A DNA stretch of 64,000 nt from an uncultured Holophaga sp. (GTDB taxonomy: Bacteria > Acidobacteriota > Holophagae > Holophagales > Holophagaceae). The stretch is from the NCBI GenBank assembly GCA_963664825.1, contig OY761614.1, positions 2,720,001-2,784,000 on the forward strand. The letters run 5' to 3'. Positions 48,131-58,274 of this stretch are shown here, piece after piece. A program made the translations under genes and the position numbers. Every line of letters begins with the position of its first letter. Position 1 is the first letter of the stretch. Under the pieces are notes generated by a model. It saw nothing but the letters and a program-made list of their open reading frames with translations, was not told where the DNA came from and did not search any database.

Positions 48131-48960
48131 TGGGGATCCGCGGGGAACTCGTGGTGGTGCGGGGCGCCGGGGATCTGGCCACGGGCTGCATCCTGCGTCT
48201 GGTGCGTTCGGGCTTTCGGGTGGCGGCACTCGAGGTCCCCGGCCCCAGCGCCATCCGGAGGACGGTCTGTCTCTCGGAGGCCATGTACGAGGGCAGCGCC
48301 GAAGTGGAAGGGCTCCGGGCCATCCGCGTGGGTACGCTCCAGGAACTCCTGGCCGCCCTGGAGGCCTTCGGCCCGGAGGGGCCCGTGCCCATCCTGGCCG
48401 ACACGGAGGCTGCGGTGCTCCCCTTCCTTCGCCCCTTGGCCCTGGTGGACGCCATCGTGGCCAAGCGCAATCTGGGCACGCGCCTCGACATGGCCCCGGT
48501 GGTGGTGGCCCTGGGACCGGGCTTCGAGGCTGGGGTAGACGCCCATGCCCTGGTGGAGACCAACCGGGGCCATGATCTGGGGCGGGTGATCCTGAAGGGC
48601 AGGACCGAGCCCAATACCGGGATCCCGGGCCTCATCGGCGGCATGGGGGCCCAGCGGGTGCTGCACGCCCCCGTCCCTGGGCGGGTGGAGAACCTGAAGC
48701 GCATCGGGGACCCTGTGCGGGCCGGGGAACCCATCCTGGAGATCCTGGGCCCGGAGGGAAGGACTGCCCTGGCCCCTTCCATTGATGGCACCCTGCGGGG
48801 CCTGATCCGCCCCGGTTTCCAGGCCTGGAGGGGCCTCAAGGTGGCCGATGTGGATCCCCGCTGCATCCGGGAGCACTGCTTTTCCGTCTCCGACAAGGCG
48901 CGCGCCATCGGCGGAGGCGTGCTGGAGGCCATCCTGGGCCTGGGGGGAGGGCGCTCGTGA
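48127..48960 (+). CDS. yqeB: Selenium-dependent Mo-hydroxylase system protein YqeB
   Basis: [53 protein letters not shown]. Confidence 0.93.
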   Translation: MMGIRGELVVVRGAGDLATGCILRLVRSGFRVAALEVPGPSAIRRTVCLSEAMYEGSAEVEGLRAIRVGTLQELLAALEAFGPEGPVPILADTEAAVLPFLRPLALVDAIVAKRNLGTRLDMAPVVVALGPGFEAGVDAHALVETNRGHDLGRVILKGRTEPNTGIPGLIGGMGAQRVLHAPVPGRVENLKRIGDPVRAGEPILEILGPEGRTALAPSIDGTLRGLIRPGFQAWRGLKVADVDPRCIREHCFSVSDKARAIGGGVLEAILGLGGGRS

Positions 48961-50087
48961 TCTACCTGGACAATGCCGCCACCAGCCACCCCAAGGCCCC
49001 CGGCGTGGCCGATGCGGTGGCGGGCTGCATCCAGGCCGGCACCTGCAGCCCTGGGAGGGCCAGTCACCCCTTGGCCCGGGAGGCCAGCCGCCTGCTCTTC
49101 GAGGCCCGGGAGGCCTGCTGCACCTTCCTGGGTGGCACGCAATCCGAGCGCCTGATCTTTACGCCGAACGCCACGGAAGCCCTCAATCTGGTCCTCCTGG
49201 GGAGCCTCCCCCCGGGGGCCACGGTGGCCCTCAGCTCCCTGGAACACAATGCGGTCATGAGGCCCCTCCGGCATCTGGAGGCCACCCGGGGCGTGCGCCT
49301 CCTGGTGATCCCCTTCGATGGTTGCGGGAGGCCCGATCCCCAGGCCTTGAAACAGGCCCTGGAGGCCAGGCCCCAACTCATGGTGCTGAACGCCGCCAGC
49401 AACGTCACGGGCTGTCTCACGCCCTTTTCCGACGTGGCCGAACTCTGCAAGCGGCAGGGCGTTCCCCTCTGCCTGGATGCTAGTCAGCTGGCGGGCCACG
49501 TTCCCATGCCTGCTGGATGCGATTTCATCTGCTTTCCCGGCCACAAGGGCCTGCTGGGACCCACGGGCACCGGAGGCCTCCTCCTGGGGCCGGGGGCGAA
49601 CCCCGCTCCCTTGATACGAGGCGGCACGGGCAGCGCCTCCGAGCGGGAAAGCCAGCCCCCCTTCCTCCCGGATCGCTATGAATCCGGCACGCCCAATGTG
49701 CCGGCCCTGGCGGGACTCCTCGCCGCCCTGCGCTTCCTGGCCACGCCGGAGGCTCTGGCGCGACAGGTGCGAGCGCTGGCCCTCTGCGACGAACTCCTCC
49801 GGGGCCTCCGGGCCCTCCCGGGCGTCGTCTCCCAGGGGCCTGGTCCCGGCCAGGCGCGGGTTCCCGTCGTCTCCATCACCGTCGCCGGAAGGGATCTGGG
49901 GGAACTTGCGCTCGAATTGGACCGTCGCGAGATATGTGCCCGGGTGGGCCTCCACTGCGCCCCTTCGGCCCACCGGAGCCTGGGCACCCTCGATTCGGGA
50001 GGCACCCTCCGCTTCTCGCCGGGCCTCTTCACGACCCCAGAGGAGATCCGGGAGACTCTTAATGTCATGGAGGAACTCCTCACGTGA
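48957..50087 (+). CDS. Cysteine desulfurase / selenocysteine lyase (class V PLP)
   Basis: [35 protein letters not shown]. Confidence 0.92.
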   Translation: MIYLDNAATSHPKAPGVADAVAGCIQAGTCSPGRASHPLAREASRLLFEAREACCTFLGGTQSERLIFTPNATEALNLVLLGSLPPGATVALSSLEHNAVMRPLRHLEATRGVRLLVIPFDGCGRPDPQALKQALEARPQLMVLNAASNVTGCLTPFSDVAELCKRQGVPLCLDASQLAGHVPMPAGCDFICFPGHKGLLGPTGTGGLLLGPGANPAPLIRGGTGSASERESQPPFLPDRYESGTPNVPALAGLLAALRFLATPEALARQVRALALCDELLRGLRALPGVVSQGPGPGQARVPVVSITVAGRDLGELALELDRREICARVGLHCAPSAHRSLGTLDSGGTLRFSPGLFTTPEEIRETLNVMEELLT

Positions 50088-51103
50088 AGCTCACGGCCTA
50101 TACGAAATTCTCGGGATGCGGCGCCAAGCTGGGACCGGGTGTGCTGGAGAAGGCCCTCTGCGGCCTCTCCCAGCCCGCCTACCCCGAACTCCTCGCCGAT
50201 TTCAAGGGCAGCGAGGATGCCGGGCTCTTCCGCATCGGGCCTGATAGCGCGCTGGTGCAGACGGTGGATTTCTTCCCGCCCATCGTGGATGACCCCAGGC
50301 TCTTTGGCCGGATCGCCGCGGCCAATGCCCTGTCGGACATCTACGCCATGGGGGGGCGGCCCATCTCGGCCCTGGCCCTCGTGTGCCACCCCCTCAAGGC
50401 CCTCGGACTCGCGCCCCTCCGGGCCATGCTGGAGGGGGGACTGGAGGCGCTCGTGGAAGCGGGTTGCGCCCTTCTCGGGGGCCATAGCATCGAGGATTCC
50501 GAGCCCAAGCTGGGATACGCCGTCACGGGGCTGGTGGACCCGGCCCGGGCCTGGCGCAATAACACACTCCGCCCCGGCGGCAGGCTGATCCTCACCAAAC
50601 CCATCGGCACGGGACTGGTGAACATGGCCTTCCGCGCCCAGTGCGCCTCGCCTGAGGCCGAAGCCGCCGCCCAGGCCTTCATGGGCACCCTCAACCGGAG
50701 CGCCGCGGAGGTCCTCGCTCGTTTCCACGTGCAGGCCTGCACGGACGTGACGGGATTTGGCCTGGGGGGACACGCCGCCGAGATGGCCTCCGGGGAGGCC
50801 TGCGGCCTCTCCATCCACTTCGAGCGGGTGCCCCTCCTGCCCGATGTGCGGGAATACGCCGCCATGGGCCTCGTGCCGGAAGGCACCTACCGGAACAGGG
50901 AAGGGCGCGGGGGCTGCGTGGTCGGGGCGGTCTCCCCCCTGATGTTGGATCTCCTCTTCGATCCCCAGACTTCCGGGGGCCTGCTGGCGGCCCTGTCTGA
51001 AGAGGAAGCGGGGGCCGCCCTCGGGGCCCTGAAGGGGGCGGGTGTCGCGGCCTGGATCATCGGAGAAACAGGCGGCGCGCCTGGCCAGGTGCGGATCCTG
51101 TGA
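50084..51103 (+). CDS. selD: Selenide, water dikinase (Cys-type)
   Basis: [56 protein letters not shown]. Confidence 0.97.
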   Translation: MKLTAYTKFSGCGAKLGPGVLEKALCGLSQPAYPELLADFKGSEDAGLFRIGPDSALVQTVDFFPPIVDDPRLFGRIAAANALSDIYAMGGRPISALALVCHPLKALGLAPLRAMLEGGLEALVEAGCALLGGHSIEDSEPKLGYAVTGLVDPARAWRNNTLRPGGRLILTKPIGTGLVNMAFRAQCASPEAEAAAQAFMGTLNRSAAEVLARFHVQACTDVTGFGLGGHAAEMASGEACGLSIHFERVPLLPDVREYAAMGLVPEGTYRNREGRGGCVVGAVSPLMLDLLFDPQTSGGLLAALSEEEAGAALGALKGAGVAAWIIGETGGAPGQVRIL

Positions 51104-51345
51104 GACTCCTGGCCACCTTTGAATCCAGCCATGCCGCCCTCCGGGCCGAAGGCGCGCTGAAGGCCGCGGGGCTCCCGGTGGAGCTCATCCCCGTGCCCCG
51201 TCAGATCAGCAGCGATTGCGGCTTCTGCCTGCTCTGCGAGATCGAGAACCCCGAACTTCTTCAGGGAAGCGGCGCCAAGGGGTTCTGGCGGGTCCTGGAA
51301 CCCGATTCCCAACACACCTGGAGGCGCTATGAGCCCTATCCATAG
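51100..51345 (+). CDS. DUF3343-like small Se/S-carrier protein
   Basis: TFES...AL..E..LK, LIPVPRQISSDCG; GTGA-coupled to selD. Confidence 0.8.
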   Translation: MRLLATFESSHAALRAEGALKAAGLPVELIPVPRQISSDCGFCLLCEIENPELLQGSGAKGFWRVLEPDSQHTWRRYEPYP

Positions 51346-51946
51346 AACGATCGACGCGAGAAACCTGCCCTGTCCCCAGCCGGTGATCCTCCTCCGAAAG
51401 GCTCTCGCGGAGCTCGGCTTCGATACGCTAGACATCACCGTGGACAACGAGGCGGCCCGGGAGAACATCCTGAAATTCGCCGAGTACGCCCATTGCCCCG
51501 TGGAGGGCGTGGCTTCTCAAGGGCGTGAACACCGCATCCGCCTGGTGCCAGACGGGAGCACGGGTGTGGTGGCCTCCCCAGAAGGGGACGTCTGTCCCTC
51601 CCCCCAGCAGCTCTCGGGCGCGACGGTTCTGCTCAGCTCCGATGGCATAGGCCAGGGGGATTCCGACTTGGCCCACCTCCTCATGCGGGGCTTCGTCTAT
51701 ACCCTCGTGGAATGCGAGATTCCCCCGAGGCGGATCATCCTCATGAATGCCGGCGTGAAGCTGGCCATCGAAGGCTCCCCTTCCCTGGAGCACCTTCGCA
51801 AGCTCGCGGAGCTCGGCGTGGAGGTGCTCGCCTGCGGCACCTGCCTGGAGTTCTTCAAGCTGAAAGAGGCCCTGGGCGTGGGGCGCGTCACCAACATGTA
51901 CGAGATCGCCAACCTCCTCCTCCAGGGCCCCACCCTGGCCCTTTGA
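51329..51946 (+). CDS. yedF: Sulfurtransferase-like selenium metabolism protein (TusA + DsrE domains)
   Basis: IDARNLPCPQPVI, MNAGVKL, ACGTCLEFF, GRVTNMYEI. Confidence 0.9.
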   Translation: MSPIHRTIDARNLPCPQPVILLRKALAELGFDTLDITVDNEAARENILKFAEYAHCPVEGVASQGREHRIRLVPDGSTGVVASPEGDVCPSPQQLSGATVLLSSDGIGQGDSDLAHLLMRGFVYTLVECEIPPRRIILMNAGVKLAIEGSPSLEHLRKLAELGVEVLACGTCLEFFKLKEALGVGRVTNMYEIANLLLQGPTLAL

Positions 51947-51994
51947 GGCCCGGGCCTTGCAAGGCTCTTGCTACCCTGGATCTGCGAGGTTTCA

Positions 51995-52969
51995 TTGAGC
52001 TTTCCGGTCACCCCCTTCTCCATTGGTTCCATCCAGGTGTCCCCCCCCCTGGTCATGGCGCCCCTGCATGAAATTACCGACCAGCCCTTCCGGCGCATGA
52101 TCCGGGAGGTGGGGGGCGTGGGCCTCACAGTCTCCGAGATGATCAGCAGTGAGGCCCTGGTGCGGCGCGCCCGCAAGGCCGAGCGCATGATGGCTGGCGA
52201 AGGCGAACGCCCCTACGCCATGCAGCTATCGGGCTCCCACCCCGAGCACCTGGCCGAATGCGCCCGGCTCTGCGAGGAGGCCGGCGCCGATATGGTGGAC
52301 CTGAACATGGGATGCCCGGCCAGCAATGTCACCAAGGGGGGCGCGGGCAGCGCCCTGCTGCGGGATATAAGCCTAGCGGAAGCCTGCGTGAAGGCCATGG
52401 TGAAGGCAGTGAAGGTGCCCGTCACCGTCAAGATGCGGGCGGGCTGGGACGCCAGCCAAAAGGAGCGGGAGGACTACCGGGATTTCCTGAAAATGTTCGA
52501 GGATGCCGGGATCCAGGGCCTGGCCATCCATCCCCGCACCCGAGCCGAGCAGTACGAGGGCCATTCGGACTGGAGCCTCATCGCTCGGGCCGTGGAGGCG
52601 GGGATGTCCTACCCCATCATCGGCAATGGCGACATCCTCGAGGCCGAGGATGCCCATCGCATGGTGCGGGAGACGGGCTGCCAGGGCGTGATGATCGGGC
52701 GGGGCGCACTCTACAATCCCTTCCTCTTCCGACAGGTGCTGGATCCGACATTCGTGGTCTCTACCGAGATGCGCATCGATGTCACCCTGCGCTTCTTCCG
52801 CCTCCTGCTGGAACTGCTGGAGGAGCGGGAAGCCTTGCACAAGATCAAGAAGATCGGGGCCTGGTTCACCAAGGGCATTCCCGGAGGGGCCAAGTTTCGC
52901 CAGCGCCTCAACGAGCGCAACGATCCCCGGGAGCTGATCAACGAGATCGAGGCCCTGCGGCAGGTCTGA
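51995..52969 (+). CDS. dusB: tRNA-dihydrouridine synthase (DusB-like)
   Basis: MAPL..ITD..FR, DLNMGCP, VTVKMRAGW, IHPRT, GNGDI, MIGRG. The start is uncertain (51968 or 51995). Confidence 0.88.
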   Translation: MSFPVTPFSIGSIQVSPPLVMAPLHEITDQPFRRMIREVGGVGLTVSEMISSEALVRRARKAERMMAGEGERPYAMQLSGSHPEHLAECARLCEEAGADMVDLNMGCPASNVTKGGAGSALLRDISLAEACVKAMVKAVKVPVTVKMRAGWDASQKEREDYRDFLKMFEDAGIQGLAIHPRTRAEQYEGHSDWSLIARAVEAGMSYPIIGNGDILEAEDAHRMVRETGCQGVMIGRGALYNPFLFRQVLDPTFVVSTEMRIDVTLRFFRLLLELLEEREALHKIKKIGAWFTKGIPGGAKFRQRLNERNDPRELINEIEALRQV

Positions 52970-53082
52970 TCTTTGGAACGGCACCGGGAGCCTCGTTGCG
53001 GCATCGAAGGGCTTAGAACGGCTATGATGCTCGTGCTCCGTGCGCAATGACGAGGCCCTTGATTTTATCCCGAGAGGAAGCC

Positions 53083-53733
53083 ATGACGACGATCCCTGAA
53101 AGCCAACTCACAACCCAATTGAAGTGGCGCTACGCCACCAAGAAGTTCGATCCCGCCCGCAGGATCGCACCTGCCACCTGGGCGGCGTTGGAGGATGCCC
53201 TTGTGCTTTCCCCGAGTTCCTTCGGGCTCCAGCCCTGGAAGTTCCTGGTGATCACGGACCCCGCCCTCAAGGCCAAGCTGCGCCCGGCCTCCTGGAACCA
53301 GGCCCAGATCGAAGACTGCTCCCATCTCGTGGTCTTCCTGGCCCGGCAGAACCTGGGCCTCCCGGAGATCGAACGCTTCGTGGATCGCCTCGCCGAGGTG
53401 CGCGGCGTGCCCAGGGTTTCCCTGGAGATGTACCGCGGTTTCATGGTCAGTAAGCTGGTGGAGGGTCCCGGCGCCCAGAGGATCAACGAATGGGCCGCCC
53501 GGCAGGTCTACATCTCCCTGGGCGCCTTCACCAGCGCCGCGGCCATGCTGGGCGTGGACGCCTGCCCCATGGAGGGGCTGGACCCGGTCCAATACGACGA
53601 AATCCTGGGGCTCACGGGCGGCCCCTGGACCACCATCTGCGTCTGCCCTGCGGGCTACCGTGCCCTGGATGACAAGTACGCCGAGCTTCCCAAGGTGCGC
53701 TTCAAAGCCGAAGAACTCATCGAACACAGGTAA
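53083..53733 (+). CDS. Nitroreductase family (NfsB-like)
   Basis: WRYATKKFD, SPSSFGLQPWKF, DACPMEG. Confidence 0.92.
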   Translation: MTTIPESQLTTQLKWRYATKKFDPARRIAPATWAALEDALVLSPSSFGLQPWKFLVITDPALKAKLRPASWNQAQIEDCSHLVVFLARQNLGLPEIERFVDRLAEVRGVPRVSLEMYRGFMVSKLVEGPGAQRINEWAARQVYISLGAFTSAAAMLGVDACPMEGLDPVQYDEILGLTGGPWTTICVCPAGYRALDDKYAELPKVRFKAEELIEHR

Positions 53734-53763
53734 AGGAAGGGGCCCGCAAGGGCCCCATTCCTT
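53733..53763. terminator. Hairpin between convergent genes (likely bidirectional terminator)
   Basis: AAGGAAGGGGCCC-GCAA-GGGCCCCATTCCTT. Confidence 0.65.
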
Positions 53764-53781
53764 ACTCAAGCGCGTGGGGGG

Positions 53782-55290
53782 CTACTTCACTTCGAGCTTG
53801 CGGGCTTCCAGCAGGTTGCCCAGGGACTTCTCCAGGGTCGTGACAGCCTTGGCATAGCTGATCTGGGACTGGAGTTCGGTGCTCTTGGAGGCGTCGAGAT
53901 CGTTCTGCTTGGAGAGCACGAGGAAGTTGGTGCTCATGCCGTTCTCGTATTTCTTCTGCTCGGCGTCGAGATCCTTCTCCCGGAAGATGCGGGTCTTCTC
54001 GGCGGCCTTGACGGCCTTCTCGTTGGCATCGACGTTGCGGAAGGCCGTGCGCACTTCCAGCATGATGGCGAGTTCCTGGTCGCGCAGGCTCAGTTCGCTG
54101 CTGCGGCGATTGGCCCTGGCCTGGGTCATGAGGCCCTTGGAGGCGCGGTTGGGAAGGGGCATGGAGAAGGTGAGGCCCACGCTGTATCCGGGGTTCTTGG
54201 CCTGCCACAGATCGGTGTTCACGGGAGAGATGGCGTCATGATTGGCTGCCGTGCCATTGTAGCCCAGGTTCAGGTCCAACTGGGGCTTCAGGCGGTTCTT
54301 CGCCACGCCCTCGAGGATCTGCTTGGATTCCACATCGAGCCTTGCGCTCTTGAGCTCCACCCGGCGATCCAGGGCCATCTTCTCGGCGCCCTTCTCATCG
54401 GTGGCGATGTGGCTCAGGGTGGGGGCGTCGGTCAGTTCCAGGCCCGCCGGGCGCTCACTGGAGGGATAGAGGGCCCGGATGAGGGCGTCCTTGGCATTGG
54501 CAAAGTCGGCCTCGGCGGCGATGATCTCCTGCTGACGCTGGGCCTCGGCGGCCTCGGCGCTGGTGACTTCGATGGGCGCCAGGGTGCCCACTTCCACCCG
54601 GATCTGGTTCTCCCGGAGTTGCTTCTGGGCCAGGGTCAGGGCCTGCTGCTTATTCTCCAGGTTGTGCTGGGCATAGACCACATCCCAGTAGAGGGATTCG
54701 GTGGTGGCCACCAGATCGATGATGGTCTTCTGGTAGGCGTAGTCTGCGGCGATAGCGCCCTTCCTGGCCACGATCACATTGGCTTCGGTGACCTGGCGTC
54801 CGAAGCCCTTCAGCAGGGATTGTGTGTAGCTGGCGCTGATGGCGCCGGCGTAAGGGTTCGAAGTGGTTGTGCTGTAGAGGCCGGTGTAGTTCGTGGTGGT
54901 GGCTTCATAGGTGGGGTTGTAGGTGAGGGCGAAGCTGCCGCCCCACTCGAAGGGCTTCACCACGCCGATGCTCAGGTTCTTGGCATTGGTGGTGGAATTG
55001 CCGCTGTAGAGTGACCCCCCTGCCGAAAAGAGCTTGTCATCGAAGGAGGATTTGTTGTGGCCGTAGGAGGCGTTGCCGTTCAGCGTGAAGTCGAAGGCGC
55101 CCTGGGAGATGATGACCCCGGCCTTGGTGTAGTCCCGGGTCTCCACCGCCACCTTGACTTGGAGGTTGTTCTCCAGGGAAGTCCGGATGGCTTCCTGGAG
55201 GGATAGCTTCACCGGTCCCGCGGGAGCAGGGCTCTGCGCCACGAGGCCGAAGCAGACCATCAGGGTTGGAAACACGCGGGCTCGTAGCAT
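53782..55290 (-). CDS. TolC-family outer membrane efflux protein
   Basis: Signal peptide, LSLQEAI..LENN, two OEP repeats (YWD..A, KYENG.ST); GAGGAG RBS. Confidence 0.9.
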   Translation of the reverse strand: MLRARVFPTLMVCFGLVAQSPAPAGPVKLSLQEAIRTSLENNLQVKVAVETRDYTKAGVIISQGAFDFTLNGNASYGHNKSSFDDKLFSAGGSLYSGNSTTNAKNLSIGVVKPFEWGGSFALTYNPTYEATTTNYTGLYSTTTSNPYAGAISASYTQSLLKGFGRQVTEANVIVARKGAIAADYAYQKTIIDLVATTESLYWDVVYAQHNLENKQQALTLAQKQLRENQIRVEVGTLAPIEVTSAEAAEAQRQQEIIAAEADFANAKDALIRALYPSSERPAGLELTDAPTLSHIATDEKGAEKMALDRRVELKSARLDVESKQILEGVAKNRLKPQLDLNLGYNGTAANHDAISPVNTDLWQAKNPGYSVGLTFSMPLPNRASKGLMTQARANRRSSELSLRDQELAIMLEVRTAFRNVDANEKAVKAAEKTRIFREKDLDAEQKKYENGMSTNFLVLSKQNDLDASKSTELQSQISYAKAVTTLEKSLGNLLEARKLEVK

Positions 55291-55499
55291 CGCCACTCCT
55301 CGAAAGGATCGAAAGAACTGTTTTGAACGGACGAGGGGCCTACGTATGGGGGCGACCAGTGGTTTAGACCTTGTCCATCTTGCAGAATGAACACCTCGCG
55401 ATCCGAGGGCAAGTGCAAGGCTCGGCAGGCGTTGAATCTGGGTCCAACGGTCGTTTTGGGGCGCTGGAATGCACCTTGGCCTAGGGTTTGCCGGGACCT

Positions 55500-58253
55500 T
55501 CAAAGCTTTCCCAGGCGCTCACGGAGGCCGGGCACCTCCTCGGGGGCTCCCTTGGTCGCCAGGGACAGGGCCTTCTCCAGTCTTCGGCGCGCTTCGCTCC
55601 GCAGGCCCTGCAAGGCCAGCGCCCGGCTCTCGGCCCGATTCACGAAGGGATTCTCCGCATCCTTCTCTCGGGCCTCTTTCAGGAGGGCCAGGGCCTTGGG
55701 GGTGGGTTTGACGCGCATCAGGGTCTCGGCCTGGCCCGCCAGATCCTGGGCCAGGCCCGTGGCGTCCCGCAGGGTCAAGTGGAGGGCCGCGGCGCCCTGA
55801 AAATGACGGGAAGCCACCTCGGGTTTCCCGGCTTCCAGTTCCAGGCAACCCATCTGGAAGTGCACCATGGCTTCCATGGGAGGGCGTTTGAATTCCTGGC
55901 AGAGGGCAAGGGATTCCTCGAAGAGGGCGCGGGAGGCCTCCCATTTCCGCTGCACCCGTCCCAGGATGCCCAGATTGGCCAAGGGGATCAGGGTGCCGGC
56001 CCGGTGGCCGATCTCCCGCTTGATGCGAAGGGAATTCTGGAAGTATGTCTCGGCTTTGGGGAAGGCCCCCTTGCCGATGGCCACATCCCCGAGGTTATTG
56101 AGGGCCATGGATTCGGCCCAGCGGTCTCCCATGCGCTGGGCGCCGCTCAGAACCTGGAGGTAGTGCTGTTCGGCGATCTCGAAATCGCCCCGTTCCTTGG
56201 CGATCACGGCCAGGTTGTTGAGCGTGAGGATCTCGTCGGCGCGATTGCCCAGGCGCCGCTCGAGGATGAGGGCTTGGCCCAGGCATTGTTCGGCTATCTG
56301 GGGACGCTTCCGCTCCAGGGCCAGGAAACCCTGATTATTGAGGATGGCGCTTTGGAAGTCCTCATCGCCCAGGGCGCGGGAGATGCCCAGGGCTTCGGCA
56401 AAGGCGGCCTGGCTTTCATCCCACCGGCCCTGTTCCATCCGCAGGAGTCCCAGTTGCGTGAGCGCCTTGATCTCGCCCCGGCGATTGCCGAAGGCGCGCC
56501 CCGCCCAACGCCCCCACTGGATCGCCATATCGCAGGCTGGATCCCCCAGCTTCTGGAGACAGATTCCGTACTGCACCACGGCCCCCACGAAGTGAGGCGC
56601 GCTTTCGGCGGCGGCCCGCAGGGGGGCGAGAGCCTCCTTGAAATTGCCCCGGGCCATGAGTTCCTTGCCCCTCGCGTAGTCGGCGAAGGCCGTGGGGGGG
56701 ATCTGGAGTTCCTCTTCCCGAGGGCGCTTTCTCAGTGGATCGACGGCGCGGAGGAGATCCTGGGCCACTTGTCGCGCCAGGGGCTGCAGATCCGGGACGC
56801 CCCCCTTCTCCTGGGTATCCCGTCCCTGGAAGCGCACTTTGCCGTTCCGGTCCAGGAGGCGGAAGATGAGCAGCCATCCCCCCTGGGGGGTGCGGTGGAG
56901 TTCTGAAACCAGGCAGAGTTCGGCGCCGAGTCGGTTCTGGAGGCGTTGGGTCTCCTCCCTTGAGATCGGTGTCTCCTGGGATGGCCGCTGGGCGATGACC
57001 GCTTCCATGGACAGCACTCTCAGCTTGGGGCTGCTCTGGAGTCCCGAGCCCAGGAGGTCCGGGATGACCCAGCGCAGCTCGGGAAGCAGGGCGGGGTCCC
57101 CCGTGCAATTGAGCACGGGCAGGACCACGATGCCTGCGGGGTGCGGGCCGACGAGATCGGCGACCACACCGCGGCCCAGGAGCAGGTAGCCGAGGAGGCC
57201 CAGGATCACGGTGAAGGCGACGCTCCGTCCGGCCACTCCCATGGGGCCCAAGGGGCGCAGGATCTTCCGAATCTCCTGGGCCACTTCGGTAGCCTTGAGC
57301 CGGTCCTTGGGGCGCATGGCGAGCATGCCATCCAGGAGGGCCCTTAGCCGCCGCGAAGCCTTGGCCTTCAGCGGCTTCCGCCGATTGGCGACCACGGCCT
57401 CGAAACGTGTCTGGCCCTCGCCCGGGAAGGGATGCTCCTGGGCCAGGAGCTCCCACAGGAGGATGCCCAGGGCAAAGACATCGCTCGGAGCGCCCGCGAG
57501 ATTGCCGCGGATCTGCTCTGGGGATGCGTAGCGGGGGCTGCCCATGAAGAAACCCTGCTGGGTCAAGGGCTCCGAGAGGCGAGAGGAATTGGAAGAGGAT
57601 TCTCCGAGGGTGCGGAGGAGACCCGTGGGCAGTTCGCCCTCCCTCAGCGCCGTGTGGCTGCAATCGATGGATGAAGAGGCACGGGGCGTCGGTGGATCGG
57701 CGGGGGGGGCCGAGGACTCCGCGAGGTGGCGGGCGAGGCCGAAATCCAGGATCTTGGCGTGTCCGTCGGCGCTGACCATGATATTGCTGGGTTTCAGGTC
57801 CCGGTGAACCAGGTCCTTGGCGTGGGCCGCCGCAAGGCCTTCGGCCACTTCCTGCACCAGGCGCAGCCTCTCCCGGCGATCCCTATGTTTCACAGCCACA
57901 TCGAGGGTCTCGCCCTCCATCCACTCCATGGCGATGAAGGTGCCCGCTTCCGAGGTCACCAGATCGTAGACCTGGCAGACATGGGGATGGCTGAGCTGGG
58001 CCAGGGCCAGGGCTTCCCGACGGAAGCGTTCGAGGTTCTCCTCGGGGGCCTGGCGGCTGGGGCGCACCGCCTTGAGGGCCAGATAGCGCTCCAGGAGCGG
58101 GTCCCAGGCCTGGTAGACCTCCCCCATGCCTCCCATGCCGGCCAGCTTCCGGATGCGGAATCGCGCGATCACTCGGCCTGGGTCAAGGATCTCCGGGGAG
58201 GGCGCGGCGGGAAGCGTAGGACCGGAGACGGGTTCCGGAGGGAGTTCGGTCAT
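55500..58253 (-). CDS. Membrane Ser/Thr kinase with TPR region
   Basis: GMGGMGEVY, HRDLKPSN, DFGLA, YASPEQ, TM helix, then LNNL-type TPR repeats. Confidence 0.93.
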   Translation of the reverse strand: MTELPPEPVSGPTLPAAPSPEILDPGRVIARFRIRKLAGMGGMGEVYQAWDPLLERYLALKAVRPSRQAPEENLERFRREALALAQLSHPHVCQVYDLVTSEAGTFIAMEWMEGETLDVAVKHRDRRERLRLVQEVAEGLAAAHAKDLVHRDLKPSNIMVSADGHAKILDFGLARHLAESSAPPADPPTPRASSSIDCSHTALREGELPTGLLRTLGESSSNSSRLSEPLTQQGFFMGSPRYASPEQIRGNLAGAPSDVFALGILLWELLAQEHPFPGEGQTRFEAVVANRRKPLKAKASRRLRALLDGMLAMRPKDRLKATEVAQEIRKILRPLGPMGVAGRSVAFTVILGLLGYLLLGRGVVADLVGPHPAGIVVLPVLNCTGDPALLPELRWVIPDLLGSGLQSSPKLRVLSMEAVIAQRPSQETPISREETQRLQNRLGAELCLVSELHRTPQGGWLLIFRLLDRNGKVRFQGRDTQEKGGVPDLQPLARQVAQDLLRAVDPLRKRPREEELQIPPTAFADYARGKELMARGNFKEALAPLRAAAESAPHFVGAVVQYGICLQKLGDPACDMAIQWGRWAGRAFGNRRGEIKALTQLGLLRMEQGRWDESQAAFAEALGISRALGDEDFQSAILNNQGFLALERKRPQIAEQCLGQALILERRLGNRADEILTLNNLAVIAKERGDFEIAEQHYLQVLSGAQRMGDRWAESMALNNLGDVAIGKGAFPKAETYFQNSLRIKREIGHRAGTLIPLANLGILGRVQRKWEASRALFEESLALCQEFKRPPMEAMVHFQMGCLELEAGKPEVASRHFQGAAALHLTLRDATGLAQDLAGQAETLMRVKPTPKALALLKEAREKDAENPFVNRAESRALALQGLRSEARRRLEKALSLATKGAPEEVPGLRERLGKL

Positions 58254-58274
58254 GATCGGTTTTTCCTGGACTTT

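Noticed and set aside
50084..50130. Possible selenocysteine (UGA) recoding in selD or neighbours
   Set aside because: The catalytic codon is TGC. The cluster's TGA codons are ordinary stops at full protein length, mostly in ATGA/GTGA overlaps.
51946..51961. sigma54-like GG-N10-GC (AGGCCCGGGCCTTGCA) before dusB
   Set aside because: It is an imperfect match inside a GC palindrome overlapping the yedF stop, and is likely by chance.
51995..53733. dusB and nitroreductase as part of the selenium system
   Set aside because: They are ordinary family members, not translationally coupled to yedF, and no SelU-like gene links Se to tRNA here.
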